Shown here: piece after piece, positions 47,973-61,442 of the stretch
Numbering within the stretch: position 1 is the stretch's first letter
Layout of the letters: each line of letters opens with the position of its first letter
Source: Mantamonas sphyraenae STR306
Lineage: Eukaryota > Protista > CRuMs
Length of the DNA stretch: 64,000 nt
Direction of reading: 5' to 3'
NCBI GenBank assembly: GCA_026936335.1
Contig: JAPMXV010000042.1
Coordinates: forward strand, 558,001-622,000
Notes under the pieces: model-generated
Database searches by the model: none
What the model saw: only the letters and a program-made list of their open reading frames with translations
What the model was told of the DNA's origin: nothing
Translations under genes and position numbers: made by a program

Positions 47973-49554
47973 ATGGACTACGCTTCAGATAGTAGTTACG
48001 ACTGGGTGTCTGACACGCCGGTGGAAAAGACGTGCGCCGGCTGCATCGTTGAGGACGACGTGTACTACCTCGTGGGCGGCTGCGCTGCGGCCGACGACGA
48101 CGACGACGACACTGAGTTCCAGGTGGACATGTACGGCAACGAAAACGTGCGTGTGTTCAAGGGCAAGAAGCCAGTGAAAAGCAAACGGCGTCGCATTCGA
48201 GGGCCTCTCAAGATTCGAGGCCTCATGCGCTGGCAGGAGCGTTGGTGTGTGCTCAAGCGCTGCGCTCTGGTGTTCTACGAGGACAAAGACTCGACCAAGG
48301 TAGGATGGATGTGTGGTTCAGTGGCGTATGGGTCGCACACGGCAGAGGAACTGCCCTCCTTTCTGGAACCATTCCCGTGCTCACACACCGGCAACAACCC
48401 GTCCCCCACAAACGCACGCGTGCACGTGCGCATGGTGATCTGCGTCTGCGCATGCGTTGATTGTTGACCTCACAGCCCATTTCTGACATCTATCTCGGCC
48501 ACGCCTCCATCTGGGAGAACAAGGAGTGCGGGAAGCGAAACGTCATCGAGGTTTTCCACCCGCGACGCGGAACGGCCCTTCTCCAAGCTTCTTGCCACGA
48601 GGAGATGCAGCTGTGGATGAAAGCGCTCATCAAGTGCCGCGACTCGATGTTTGACGTACGTTCTGCCCATCCCCTGCCGGACTGCATGTGCGCACGGCCT
48701 GTGTGCTGTGCATTTGTGTGACGAGCAAAGCAGTCCCGACGCATCTCCGAAATCAGGAGAAACGGCCACGGCGCGCTTCTCCCAGAAAAAACCCAGAAAA
48801 AACTGACACCGCAAACGGAAAACTGCACGGGCCACTCGCGCACTCACGCACACACGCACACGCGTACAAACGCACCAACAACCACACGCACGGGCGCACA
48901 CACAGGTGGACAGTGACTACACGAGCTCGGACAGCGACGAGACCCCTTCGCTGTGGTCGCGTATTTTTACCCGCAATGTGACCATCAAGAAGGAACTGGA
49001 GCCGGAGAAGCGTGACCAACTGAAAGCCAAACAGCAACTGGGCATGCAGTTCGACTGGAAGGACGAGAGCGGTAGTGAGTCGCAGGGTTTGGAGCTGCAA
49101 GAACTGAACGTCCAAGTCAAGCTCGACCCAGAGGCTGTAGAGACCTCTACGCCGGCTGCGACTGGTGACGACTCTTCTGCAAATGTGCGCAAGGCAGGAA
49201 CGAAGCAGGTGGCCGCAGAGGGCGAGGAGGAGCCGTCAGAGGAGGAGGAGGAGGGAGGCAGACAACACGGAAGGGCAGCCAGCTGTGAGAAAGGGAGGCA
49301 GCCCAATGGTGGAAATCGAGGATTTGTGGCACATGGTGGAGGCATGTGGCCAGTGTGGAGAACAAGAGGTGTGTGCGTCGCATAAGCGTGTGCTGAGTGA
49401 AACCGCGGCCGCCCTGGACTGCACCGAGCAAGGGTGCACCACAGAAGAGACCGTGCAGGTTCTGATGGAGCAGCTGCGCAAGGAAAGGGCCAAGACAAGG
49501 GAGCTGGAGAAGCAATTGAGTGAAGCAAGGTCTGAGTCAAGTGGCTCACCTTGA
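47973..49554 (+). CDS. PH-domain protein with C-terminal coiled coil (apparent frameshift at ~49250)
   Basis: G.L..RGLMRWQERWCVL....LVFYED..., LLQA....EMQLWMKAL; two introns. Confidence 0.7.
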
Positions 49555-49695
49555 CACTGATGGAGATGCACAACAAGCAGCATCAGCAGATCAGCATAGT
49601 GCAATGCTGAAACACTGCCTGGTCGCCCTCTGTTGTAGAGGGCACCATGCATGCCATGTGCGCCGGCACAGCAAACCCAACAAGTCGAGCTCACG

Positions 49696-51059
49696 ATGGA
49701 CTCGATTAACCTGGGCATGGATGAGGAGGACGAGGATGACTTTTTCCTGGTGAATGTGAATGTAAATAACTCGAGCAGCAGCAGCAGCAGCAGCAGTAGC
49801 AGTAGCAGTAGCAGTAGTGCGAGCAGGAGCCGGAGCAGGGCAAGTGGGATGGACGTCCAGGATGCGGACGAGTACACATACGCAGAGGGGGATGAGGATG
49901 AAGAAGAGACAGAAGCCGAGTACGGCGGGCGAGGTCATGGCAGGTCGTCCAGCAAGGGCAGAACAAACCGCAGCAGCCGGACGTCGGGTGGGACCTCAGA
50001 CAAGCGCAGCACACGCAGCAGCCGCACAAACACACAGGAAAAGTGGAAGCAAGGAAGGCGCAGAGGATCCAGCGAAGGAAACACACGACGGGGTAGCAAT
50101 GGCAGTGCTGCCAGCAATGGCAGCCACAGCCGCGGACGCGGTGGACGGGGCCGCAGCAGCAACTCTCCCGAGACACTGGTAAGCTTTAAGGATGGGTGCC
50201 AGCCCCGGTGCATGCAAACACCCCCGCACAGACACACGCACATTGTGGCATGGCTCAGACAGGTTCCTGGGTTCGGCAGGGGTCATGCGGCGGGTGGTGG
50301 CGCCATTTGCCCGCCGGAAATTCGTCCGTCGTCGGAGCCGCAGGTAGGAAACGCTGACACGGACGCGTGGGTGTGTGTGGACGCTGGAACGGCACGGCAC
50401 CGGGGTCAACTGCAGGCAACACAGGTATTTGAGTCATTATTGGACGAGGTGGCGACTGAGGTGTGCTTTGAGATGCACCGGGCCGCAAAGCTGGGCGCCC
50501 TGTGTGAGCGCTGTGTGGGCGACACAGAGGAGCATGCGTTTGCCCATACCAAGTTTATGGAACTGCTACAGATGGCCATGGACGAAGGCAACCAGGGACT
50601 GGACGTGTTTGGCAACACTGTGGACGCAGACAAGTCTGAAACCATCCAGTGTGACAACTGTGAGCGCATGGTCAACTCGTCCCGCTTTGCTCCGCACCTG
50701 GAAAAGTGCATGGGCAAGGGCCGCACCTCCTCACGCGCAGCCAGTCGCAAGTATGTTGGGGTGTTGTTGTTGTTGAAGTTGGTGGTGTGGATGTGTATGT
50801 GTGTGTGTGCGTGTGTATGTGCGTGCTGTCCAGAACAGTCCTCGTCTCATTCCCCTATGGGACCTCCTGTTGCTGTGGCTTGCTTCATTTCATCCCCGTC
50901 GTTCCTTTCCGAAGTTCGTGTGTGTGTGGCGATGTCTGCTGACCTCCCTCATCCGACTACAGAATCGCCTTGTTTTCTCGGGAACGGGAAGAGCGCGCTC
51001 GCGAGCGTGCTCTCTTGGCAGGTCTCACTTACGACGACGACGATGGCATGGATGCCTGA
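49696..51059 (+). CDS. SGF11: SAGA deubiquitination module subunit Sgf11/ATXN7L3, 3 exons
   Basis: LLDEV..EVCFEMHR..K.G, DVFG, zinc finger CDNCER.V..SRFAPHLEKCMGKGR.SSR.A. Confidence 0.85.
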
Positions 51060-51278
51060 ACCCCCTCACCGTCCCCCTCCCCCCCCTTCCGTGAAGTTGG
51101 GGGGCTGCAGTGCAATGCGCGCGACTCGCCGCACACAAAAAACGGCGCCTCGCCAGACAACAAAGCCTCTCTTTCTCGCAGCACAGCCGTTCCTGTGGCC
51201 CAAGTACCCTTGCACCCAAGTCCTCTCTGGCTGTCCACACTGTTCCTCACATTGAGAAACACTTTGCACTCAAAGCCA

Positions 51279-51836
51279 ATGAGAACCGGTTCGATTGCGG
51301 TGCTGCTCCTCCTCGCTCTCGCCGCCTCTGTGCTTGCCTGGGACGCAGCAGAGAGCTCGGATGCAGTCAGCGACTCCGAGGCACTGTCTGCGGTGCTGCA
51401 GCATGAGATTGCCACACGTCTTGTGGCTGTCCAATTGCTGCAGGACGCAAACTCCGCAGACGAAGCCCTCCTGGACGACGACGACGACAGCGACAGCGAC
51501 AGCGACAGCGACAGCGATGACGACGACGTGTTTGACCTGGATTCCTTTGGCTTCCCGGCCTCGTCATCTGCTGGCCCTGCCCGCTTCGGCGGCAGCAGCA
51601 GCATGAGCACTGCACGCGGGTCGTTTGCCAACAACGTCCTCGTGCCCTTGATTCAAAGCGCACGTGCTCGTCCCTTGTCCGGCGCTGCGGTGGCCAAAGC
51701 CATTGTCGATGCCGCCATGGATCGAGACATTGCATCTGTGTTTGGTGGTGCTGTGGCACCAGCCCCTGCCCGCGCTCAACCCAGCATGGCCCACGTGGCC
51801 ACCCTCGGTTCCTGCTGGGCCGAAGGCACATGCTGA
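51279..51836 (+). CDS. Small secreted protein with (DS)n acidic tract
   Basis: Signal peptide MRTGSIAVLLLLALAASVLA; DDDDDSDSDSDSDSDDDD tract. Confidence 0.6.
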   Translation: MRTGSIAVLLLLALAASVLAWDAAESSDAVSDSEALSAVLQHEIATRLVAVQLLQDANSADEALLDDDDDSDSDSDSDSDDDDVFDLDSFGFPASSSAGPARFGGSSSMSTARGSFANNVLVPLIQSARARPLSGAAVAKAIVDAAMDRDIASVFGGAVAPAPARAQPSMAHVATLGSCWAEGTC

Positions 51837-51945
51837 TTCTTCCGCCTTCCTGCCATTACAGCCATGACCATGGACAATGGAAATGATTGTTGCATTGCAC
51901 TGCGTTCATTGCTCCACCCGGCTACTTCTTCTTCCCTTTGACACC

Positions 51946-52207
51946 TCATTCGTCCTTCTTCTTCTTCTTCTTCTTCTTCTTGTCGCTCTTCTTCTTGCTG
52001 CTCTTGCTACTGCTCGAGGCCTCCTCATCGTCGTCGTCGTCATCGTCGTCCTTCTTCTTCTTCTTCTTCTTGTCCTTCTTCTTGCTGCTCTTCTCCTTCT
52101 TGTCCTTCTTCGACTTTTTCTTCTTCGGCGTCTCCACCTCATCGTCGCTGGCATCGTCTTCATCGTCTTCATCGTCCTCCTCGTCATCAGCATCGCGCTT
52201 GCGCTTC

Positions 52208-52240
<33 letters not shown>

Positions 52241-53849
52241 GACGACGATGACGACGCTGCTGCCTTGGAGGCGGCTTTCGTGGCTGCCTCTGTGTCCATG
52301 GCCTTCTCAGGAGCACCCTCCTGTCCGCTGAGGTCCACGTACGAGTTGAGCCAATCCTTGGGTGTCTTTTCGTTGGGCTTGCCGTACTTGTCCAACAGGC
52401 CAGCCTTCTTCATGGCCTTCTTCTTGCTGGCCACCGGTCCCAGGCCCCAACGGCGCGGGTATGTGTCGCGCTCCATGATCACACGCTTGATGCGTGCCAC
52501 CACACTGTGGTCAGTCAGCGCAATGGTCGACGTGGTCATCTCAGCCACGGCCAGCGCAATGGCCTCGCCCTTTGTGGTCAGCAGGACAATCACCTGGCCC
52601 ACCTCGATGCCATCCTCGTAGCGCAGCACACCGGGGCGTGTCAGCTTGCCTCCGTAGCACAGCGAGTTGACCGCCGTGTCCTTCACAATAATGCGCTTGT
52701 AGTTCGTCAGCAGACGCTCCAGCGGCATGATGATGCGTCGCAGGTACGACTCGTCTCCCGTGTTGTCAAACTGCCATTGGGCATCCAGCACGTCGTGCAT
52801 CGTCACAAGATTGTCCTTCTCACCCAGCACACCCGAGCGCACACGGCGCAGCTCCTGCATGTGGCCACCTGTGCCCAGCATAAATCCAATGTGCTGACAC
52901 AGCGTACGGATGTACGTACCTGCTTCGCAGCTCACCTTGAACACTCCCAGCTTGCGTTCCTCGTCAAACTCATACAGAATGCTCTCGTAAATGTGTCGCA
53001 CGCGCAGCTGGCGCTTCACGGCTGAGATCACCGGCGGCCGCTGGAACAGCGCTCCGGTGAACGTCTCCAGGGTCTTTGCAAGCTTGGCCTGCCCGTCCTT
53101 GAGGGCGTCGTGCAGGCGCACAATGGCCACATACTCCTTTCCTGCACTCTGCTGTGCCTTGACCAGTCGCGTGGCGCGGTCAATGCACACAATCAGACAA
53201 CCCGTCACCTTGGGGTCCAGCGTACCACTGTGTCCGGTCTTGCTCACGCGCAGAATTCGTCGGATCCATGCCACAACCTCGTGCGACGATGGGTTGGCAG
53301 GCTTGTCCAAGTTGATCACGCCGTAGCGCACATAGTCTTCCAGCGGACGCGCAAGCGGCGAGCTGCCCGCTGCAATCGGCGTAAAATGCGATGTGATCAC
53401 GTTCAGCTTCTCGTAACCCTGTGCGAATGTCGTGTCATGTGTTTGTGTTGGTCATCTCTTCCTTCTTTGTCCCTGCACACCCTTCTCTGCGCCTCCAACG
53501 GCCTCTTTCTCTTGCGGGCTGGCCGATTTTTGCATGCTCCTCCGCCCGTGCACCCTCGCCACCCCTTTGCCGCTGTGTGCGTGCAGCTACACACACACAA
53601 GCCAACCCAAGGCTTACTGCGCGGATAGAACATGTGCCTCACCGCATGTACCATCTGCACAGCGCCCTGGGCCGTGTGTACGGCGGGCCAACAGCAGAGG
53701 GCACCGCGGGCTGGTCTCCTCGCCCCGTTCCTTTCTCACCCCGTCCGTCTCTGCTTCCATTCTCCACTCACCTTCAGCAGCAGCGGCCAATCTTCGCCAC
53801 CGCGCTTGTCTGCGTCACTTCCGTCGGGGGTCAGCACGTGATCCGTCAT
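51946..53849 (-). CDS. DKC1: H/ACA pseudouridine synthase dyskerin/Cbf5, 2 exons
   Basis: WPLLLK|; [18 protein letters not shown]; [12 protein letters not shown]; EAGTYIRT; PUA domain; KKD tail. Confidence 0.97.
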
Positions 53850-53904
53850 CTCGGCAAGGGGAGGGGTTGCGTTGGCGGCGCTGGTTGCGCCAACCACCAC
53901 GCGC

Positions 53905-54716
53905 ATGCTTCGCCGTGAGCATTCGCCTCCCAACACCACTGCCTTTGGCATCAAATGCCTCTCGGGCCTCTTTGTTGGTTGTCTCCTGCTCAGCTCTGTG
54001 CTCATGAGCATCGGAACAGGCCTCGAGGCTGCCGACAAAGGCACCTCCAAGCCTGTGACTCCCCTGGAGCAGGTCAATCGCGCTGGTGAAGAGCGCAACC
54101 AGGAGACTGAGCCCAAGTTGGGTGCTCAGCCTGCTCAGGCATTGGACGACAGTGACGAGGCCAGGCAGGAGTTGCGTGAAATGGTGAGCAACAACACCCC
54201 TTTTGGATCCCGTCTGCCTTCTGGCTGCTCACCACCCCTTCCTCTCACACACTCGTGCAATCTCTTCTCCATGGCCGTTTTGCACAGAAACGCAACGAGG
54301 ACGAAGAGCCCACAGATGCACGGAGGACACAGGGGCCGCCCGACCGCGAGGAGCTTGGTCGAGCGGCGTGGACGGTGCTCCATTCGCTGGCCACCAATTG
54401 GTATGAGAAGCCCAGCCCGCAGCAACAGGGGAAAGCCATTGAATTCGTGCACCTGTTCGCTCAGCTGTACCCATGCTCCGTCTGTGGCAGTGACTTTGCC
54501 ACCCTGCTCGAGAAGAACCCGCCCAAGGTGCAGACCCGCACCCAGTTCCGCGACTGGATGGCCTCCATGCACAATCTGGTCAATTTTAAGCTCGGCAAGC
54601 GCACCTTTGACACGGCTACCACCGAGGCTCGCTGGAGGAACCACGAGTTTGGAGGCGCGGCCATCGAACGCCAGGCTATCCTCGACAAGAAGAAGAAGAA
54701 GAAGAAGGGTGGCTGA
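53905..54716 (+). CDS. Erv/ALR-family FAD sulfhydryl oxidase with N-terminal TM (Erv2-like), intron 54184-54287
   Basis: PDREELGRAAWTVLH, LYPCSVC..DF, HNLVN.KLGK..FD, RW. Confidence 0.88.
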
Positions 54717-55009
54717 GGAGCAAAGCGGAGTGCTGTTTAAGCCCAGAATCGAATGCTGTGCTGTGGAGCCCCTCTGGGGAGTCCCTGCCATCATCCATCA
54801 TTCTGGCCTCGCACCCGCGTAGTCTCTTCTCTGTTCCTCTCTCGTTGTTGGCGTAGGCCAAACAACGACCATCGGACCATCTGTGTGTCCATTTGCCCCA
54901 TGACGATTCGGCTCTGCGACAAAACCTCTCTCTTCATATCTTTCCTTGTTCCGTAGCGACAAGAAGATAGGCAACCCGAACCGAGGACAACTCGGACCAC
55001 GCAATGAAC

Positions 55010-55034
55010 ATCCATCCATCCATCCATCCATCCA
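55010..55034. repeat. (CATC)n microsatellite between convergent genes
   Basis: catccatccatccatccatccatcc read directly. Confidence 0.85.
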
Positions 55035-55058
55035 TTCGTGTCACGCACACACTCACCA

Positions 55059-58000
55059 TCAAATCACGCTGTGGCACAGAGGGCAGTTGACCATGCGCTG
55101 CACTTCCATGTGCAGGGCTCGGTGCTTGCAGGTGCGACACTGAAAGTAGCTGGAATCGGTGACCGGTCGCCCGCTGGCCACACAGGGCACCAACTCTGTC
55201 TCACAACGGTCGCAGCTGGTGCTCCACTCGTTCAAGTCGTTGCTGCAACGCGCACACGTGGGTCCCCCGCGGTTGCTCGGGTCGCGCGGAACGTACTTGA
55301 CAAACACCTCCATGGCCAGGTCTTCGTACTCCTGTCGCTGCTCAGCCTTCAGCTGCTCCATTGCCTCCAGTTTGATGAAAGCACGGGAGCACTGTTCGTA
55401 GTGCTTGTGGTAGTATGCCGTGAGGGCCACCAGTGAGTACACCACCTTCTCGTCCAGAATGTCGTCGTACTCCTTAAGGCGGATGGCCGTCACCATGGCG
55501 TCTTGTGTTTTGCCATCGTACAGCTGGCGCTGAGCCAACAGCAGAAAGTGGTACGCCTCTGCCGTGCGCCACGGTTGCGCCAGCTTGGGATCGCTGATTT
55601 CGCTGCCGGGTGTCTCGTTGAGCAGGGTGGACAGCTGGGCCTCGGCACTGGACAGGCCTCCCTTGGTTGACGCCGAAGCCACCTTGCTGCGATGCATCTC
55701 CACTTCCAGGGCACCGAGCACAGCCAGCTTCTTGGCCCGAATGTACAGTTGCTTCTGCAAGCCCGCCTCGTTTGCCAGCTCCAGCAGCAGCGACGCTGCT
55801 TCCAGGTGGTGTGATGCCTTGCGATACAGCTCAATGGCCTGCAAGTTGTTGCCCTTTTCCAACAGATGCGACGCATAATTCGACAGCAGGCTTTCGATGC
55901 GCGCAAACTTGTGCTGCTCCGCCAGCGTCACTGCCAGATCCCACTCGTTCAGCATCACACACGAATCCACCGCCTTCTCCACCTTGCCCACACGCAGGAA
56001 GCAATCTACGGCAGCCTCGGTCATGCCCACGCTGATCAGCTTGTCACCAATGTCGTCCAGCACAGGCGAGCCATCCGACACGGCGCCTGCCAGTGCCTGC
56101 AACTCCTCGTACTCCTCCATGACGTAGTAGCACTCTGCCAGCCGGGCTGCGTTGTCCACCACTGTGTAATGCTTCACAGCACGCGCCCACTTTTGTCGGT
56201 CGAAATAGTAGTCGCCGATCTGAGTCATTGCCTTGCGCATCATGTCGTCGTTGCCCTGGCTGCTGCTGCCCCCACTGCTCTCCTGCAGCAGGTGCATCAC
56301 TCGGTGCCAGTTGCCCAGGCGCATCTGCAATTCAATGGCCAGGTCCTTGCGGTCGATCTCTTGATAGATGCTCTCCGCCGTCTCAAACTTCTTAAAGTAG
56401 GCAGCAACCTCTGCCTGCTGCTTCAACGGGTCGTCCAGCAGTCGGATGCGCTTCACAAATTGGATGCCCTGGTAGTCGCCGCAGCGCACAAATGCCTTGT
56501 CGGCAATGGCGAAATCCAGCGCCTCCAGAGCAGCCTCGGCTACCTGGCGCCACAGTAGCGGATGTGGGTTGTCCTCGATAAACTCGGCTGCCTTCTGGAT
56601 GCCCACCGTCTGGATGAGGTCGCGTGTGTCGCGCAGACTCTTGGTTTCAAAGCGCACAATGTGATCCTTGCGTGGGTGCTGTGGCGTGGCCATCACCTCG
56701 TCCAGCAACACCGTCGTCACCTTGAGCTCACGGAAGCGGCCGATGTAGCCCGAGCTGTTGAACGGCTCCTCGGCGTCTTCGCCACGGAACACGTACATGC
56801 GTGTCTTTTCCATAAAGGCAAACAGCTCTGGGTTGTCCTCGGCCCACACCACGTCCCACACGTCCTTTCGCTCCATGTCCAACTGCACGCCCATGCGTCC
56901 GTCCTCGTTCTCCTGTGTCAGATCCACCAGCGAGCAGTTCATGCTAAAGTCGATCACAGCCAGTTTGGTGGTGTCGCAGTTCAACGCCAGCTTTTGCGGG
57001 CGGTGACGCAGACTGAACGAGCCCTCGTTGGCCAGATTCAGGATGCTGTAGCGCTGCACCGTCTTGGACTCACGCCCCACCACAATGGAGCGTTCGCTTG
57101 CAGCCACACAGCAGATGGGATCTTGTGTGCCACGCTGGGAGGAGACATTGGAACCAGAGGAGGATGAGGAGGAGGAGGAGGAGGACGTGGATCCAGACGT
57201 GGCTGACGCCTGCGGCTGCTTGTCGTCGATGTGAAACTGAAATTCGGAAATCGAGGAGAAGCGACTTTGCGCAAGGGTGCCCATCTGTGCCAATTGGCTG
57301 CTCTTCTGGGCCTCTTGGTACTGCCAGCAGAAGACGGAGTCGTTGCTAGCCACGACGACGTGGTTTGGGGTCATGTCGACGTAGAGGGGCTCGATGTCGA
57401 TGTACTTGGAATCAACGGGGGTGCCGATGGCGTTGCAGAGGATGAGGATGAACTGTTCGTCTTTGTCGTCCGTTTTCGTGACCAGGACGCAGTGGTTGCC
57501 CGCTGCACGCACCTCCAGCAGCTTCTTGATGTACTTGACGTACTTTTCGTCGTTCTGGGTGTCCCAGAAGATGACGCAGTACTCGGGCCGGTCGTACTTG
57601 GTAAACGCGTACACAAGGGTGTTGCCAAAGTAGCCCCAGAGGTAGTCGGGACGGATGTTGGCAAAGTAGACGTAGCTGCTGACGGCAAGGGCAATGCGCA
57701 GGCCAGACGTGTCCCAGGTGAGGCCGTTGATTCCCTTGCCCGGCACCTTCAAGGTGCGCAGGTGCTGGCCAAAGGGCGAGTAGAACTTGACCATGTTGAT
57801 CTGGCGTTCGTCGCCAGACTGGAGCTTGGTGACAGATGAACCCGAGACGGCAAGGACGGAGCCGTTGCTGTTCCACTGCATCTGGCCGTTGGTCATGCCG
57901 GTGTGGATGAGCACAGGCTCGTCGTCGTTTTCGCTGCGGTTGATCTGAATGAGGCCGTCGCGGAAGCAGATGGCCAGCTGCGGCGCATGCGGGTCGATGT

Positions 58001-59137
58001 ACCCCTGTGCTCCGTCATACCAGTGGATGGACAGGATTTCGGGGGTCTAAAGAGAGGGAGTGGGGTCACGTGGACGTCGAATAGTCCCCAGCGGGCAGAA
58101 ACGAAACGAAAGGGCAAGGTGAGTGTGGGTGTGAGTGGGAGAGGGAATGTGTGTGTGAGGGGCGACTCAGAAAACGTGTGACTGGGACATACCGAGTCGC
58201 CGGTTGCGCCCTTGTGGGGCATCTGAGTAAGAAAGTGGCCGTCCTTGTCGTAGATGTGGATCTGGCCGTCGAGGGTGCCAAAGAGAATCAGTTTGCCGTT
58301 GGGAGACCAGTGGACCTGGCAGAGGCGAGTGCCGAGCTCCTCGCCCCACTCGCGGTTGCCGTCGACGGAGCCGACAATCACGGCACCGTCTTCGTAGACA
58401 ATGCAGATTTTCTTGCCATCGGAGGTCCACTTCATGTCGCGGACGACGGATTTGTTGCGGTTGTTGATCATCTCCTCATACCAGATGTCCTTGTAGAGGA
58501 GCCAGACGACAATGAGGCCGTACTGGTCGCTTGTGGTCAGCCTGCAGTGGGGCTCGTTCCAGCAGACACACAGGACGGATCCTGTTCAGGAGGAATGGCA
58601 TCAAGGGCAGCACGTGGATGGGTGAGCAAGGATGGAAGGTGGATGGCGGCGGAGGGTGGGGCGGGGCAAGGTTGAGTGCAAAACGGCTGCGCGCCAAATT
58701 CCAAGCGCTTTTCGGTTGGGCTTTACGCAGGGCTTACCTTGGTGTCCATCGAGGGTCTGGTTGAAACCCAGGTTAATCTGTGCAGCAAGGCCACGTTCGC
58801 TTGCGTCACGCGACTCGAGACGCAGTACCTTGAGCATGCCGTCGTCGCCACCGCAGGCGATCCAGCCTTCCTCCTTGTTCCAGCTCAACGAGCGCAGGTG
58901 GACGTTGTTGGGAATTTGGATCTGAACACACGAGGCAGAATGGGTATGTGCGGAAGGAGAACATGAACAGGCGGGTCAGGAGATGTGTTGGACAGGGCAT
59001 GTGCGGGCAAGAAGCTCAGGCAGGGTGCACAGCGCACCGATGTGCGAAAGGCAGGGCGTGAGGCACGGGAGCAAAGGTGTGGCCTGTGGCCAATGTGGAA
59101 GACGCGCTCCTACCTTTTTGCTCAGGTAGACAAACAT
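55059..59137 (-). CDS. WDR35: Intraflagellar transport protein IFT121/WDR35
   Basis: MFVYLSKK|[62 protein letters not shown]; C-terminal zinc fingers ending CPLCH. Confidence 0.96.
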
Positions 59138-59268
59138 GGAGCGCGGCGGGGGGGGGTCTTTGGTTGGCAAAGGCGGTGCGGGAGAGAGAGAAGCAAACGG
59201 GTGGGTGGGACAATGGATGGGTGGATGATGAATGATGAATTCACTGCACTGGCCAAGTTGGGATGTGA

Positions 59269-61183
59269 TCAAGCCTCGACCTCGATCTTGTCTTCCTTCT
59301 TCTCGTCGTCGTCGACAGAGTTGCTCTGTGCTTCGCTGCTGTTGGAGACCTCGGTGGCAGCCTCTGCGGTGGCAGGCCACTTGGCACGGTAGAGACAAGT
59401 GTAGGCAATGTGCCAGTCCCCTCCACCGGCAAGCTTGAGGACGTCGTCGGCGGAGATGGCCGTGACAGTCTCGTCGTCGTACTTCCACCACTTGCCGTCG
59501 CTGTCCTTGGTCCAACCGACGTAGTGACCTCCCTCACTGCTACGTCCCTTGTGGGTGACGACACCAATGAGCTCGTAGTAGCCGGTGACGTTGAAGGATT
59601 CGTCGAGCTCAATCTCCTCGCCGTCGTCGGCAGCGTCGTCGGTTTCCATGGCGTCGCTGTTGGAAGCGGAGGAGGAGGAGGAGGAGGAGGAAGAAGAAGA
59701 AGACGCATCGGCCTCTTCGATCATCTTGGCACGCACACCACGGAGCTTCTTCTTGAGATCGGCGGCACAAAAGTCGTAGACGTCGAGCTCAAGCGGATAC
59801 TTGACGGGTCGGAGGACCTTGACTTTCTTCTCGAGGTCCTGACGCCAGAAGAAGCGGACAAAGTTGACGGTGAGGTAGCGAGGGAGCTCGGCAATGGCCT
59901 GGGTCTTTGTAAAGACGGCGTTGCGGCCGAGGAGGTCTGAGTGCTTCTCGATGTTCTCTGTGAGGACAACGCCCTCGTGGAGGTAGTTGGTATCGGAAGA
60001 AATGCTGACGGAGAGCTTGCGGAAGGTTTCCTCGGTGATCTTGGGCGGTTCTGCGTCGGACTCTGCGTTGGCGAGGGTGACTTGCATCTTGCCTGTAAAG
60101 AGCGAGTCGACGACGCGGTTGCCCTGTTCGTCCTTGACGGACTGAGAGAGCAGAGTGAGCAGCTCGCCCCAGAACTCGTCTGCATCCTGCTGGACGTAGT
60201 AGCCCTCACGTTGCTCTGCGAAGCGGGGGTACATTTGGCGAAAGAGCTGTAGGGGTGCGTGGACGGGCGTAAGCAGGCTGGAAACAGGTGGGAAACAATG
60301 TGCACGTGTGCATATCGTGATAGCCCAGGGTGGGGGCGGGTGGATGAGGGCGTGCACTCACCTGGACAAAGAAGGACGGGGTGATCGCGTCGCCCTTCTG
60401 GTTCATCTGCTGGAATAGCGCCTTGAGCTGGAGGAGGAGGGAGCTGTGGGGGTCGTAGGAGTCCAGGGTGTTGCTGAAGGGAGAGAACGGGAGGAGTGAT
60501 TGGCCAGGGAGTGCAACACGAGATGTAAATGCGGTGTAGTGGGTGTGGCGGGGGGTGTGAGTTTCGTGCGCGCCAATTCGGGAGCCGGGGAGCGAAAACG
60601 CACTTTGCAAGAGCCTCGTTGAGCTCGGGGACAACCTTGAGGCACTGGAGGGAGGCGTTCATGTAGCAGGTGTTGCCGAGGTTTGTGAGGCCTGGGCTGG
60701 TGAGCATCTGGAGGAGGGTGGGGTATGGCAGGAGGGGGTCAGCAACGTGGCGGAATGTGGTTGGCGAATTGGGTCGGAAGGGCGGAAAGGAATGATGCGG
60801 GAAGGGTGAGGAGCAGAGAGGGAACAGCGGTGATTAGGCGTCGGGCGTAAAGGTGGACAAGGGAAGGAGGCAATACGTACATCCTCGAGGATGGCGTCGT
60901 TGCCCTTGACGTCCTCGATGAAGGTGACTTCTTCGGTTTGCTCTGCGAGAACCTCTGCGGTGCCACGGAGAGTGATGAGCATGCCGTCTTTGAGCTTAAA
61001 GTCAGCCCAGTCGCTCTCGTCGTCGACGACCTTGCCCTTGATGATGACCTTTTGGCGGTCGACGGGCACGCTGGTGAGGCTGTTGAGCTGACTCTTGAAC
61101 ACGAGCGGGCTCTCGCTCGTGTGCAGCTGCACGTCGTCAAACTTCTGCTTGCCCCACTTGACCTTGACCGAGTATGTGCTCAT
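59269..61183 (-). CDS. USP14: Proteasome-associated deubiquitinase USP14/Ubp6
   Basis: UBL domain VKVKWGKQKF; GLTNLGNTCYMNA..QCL; QQDADE; HKGRSSEGGHYVGW; L.GGGDWHIAY. Confidence 0.96.
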
Positions 61184-61353
61184 GGGTGTGTGGGATGAGG
61201 GGATATGAAGTGGTATGGGTGGATGCGGGGGCGGAAACTGGGTGCAGGCGGCTTGTTCGCCGCTGGCCAATGTGGTCGCGAGCCCGTATTTACGTCGTGT
61301 CATGCTGAAATCAATATGCACCTGTGAGGCCAGCGAAAACATCGCGAGACTAC

Positions 61354-61432
61354 GTGGTATGATTCTACTTTTGGGTAGTAGAGGTCCCGGGTTCGATTCC
61401 CGGGTCGCCCCACTTCTCGGGCGGCTGGTCTA
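61354..61432 (+). tRNA. trnP: Circularly permuted tRNA-Pro(TGG): nt 15-73 at 61354-61411, 7-nt spacer, nt 1-14 at 61419-61432
   Basis: Rejoined sequence GGGCGGC TG GTCT AGTGGTA TGAT T CTACT TTTGGGT AGTAG AGGTC CCGGG TTCGATT CCCGG GTCGCCC C forms a complete tRNA-Pro cloverleaf. No acceptor 5' strand lies upstream of 61354. Confidence 0.9.
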
Positions 61433-61442
61433 TTTCGCGCGA

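Noticed and set aside
61354-61411. Interpretation as a 5'-truncated tRNA pseudogene or SINE
   Set aside because: The exact missing 14 nt are present downstream with full acceptor pairing, BHB-like geometry and a terminator.
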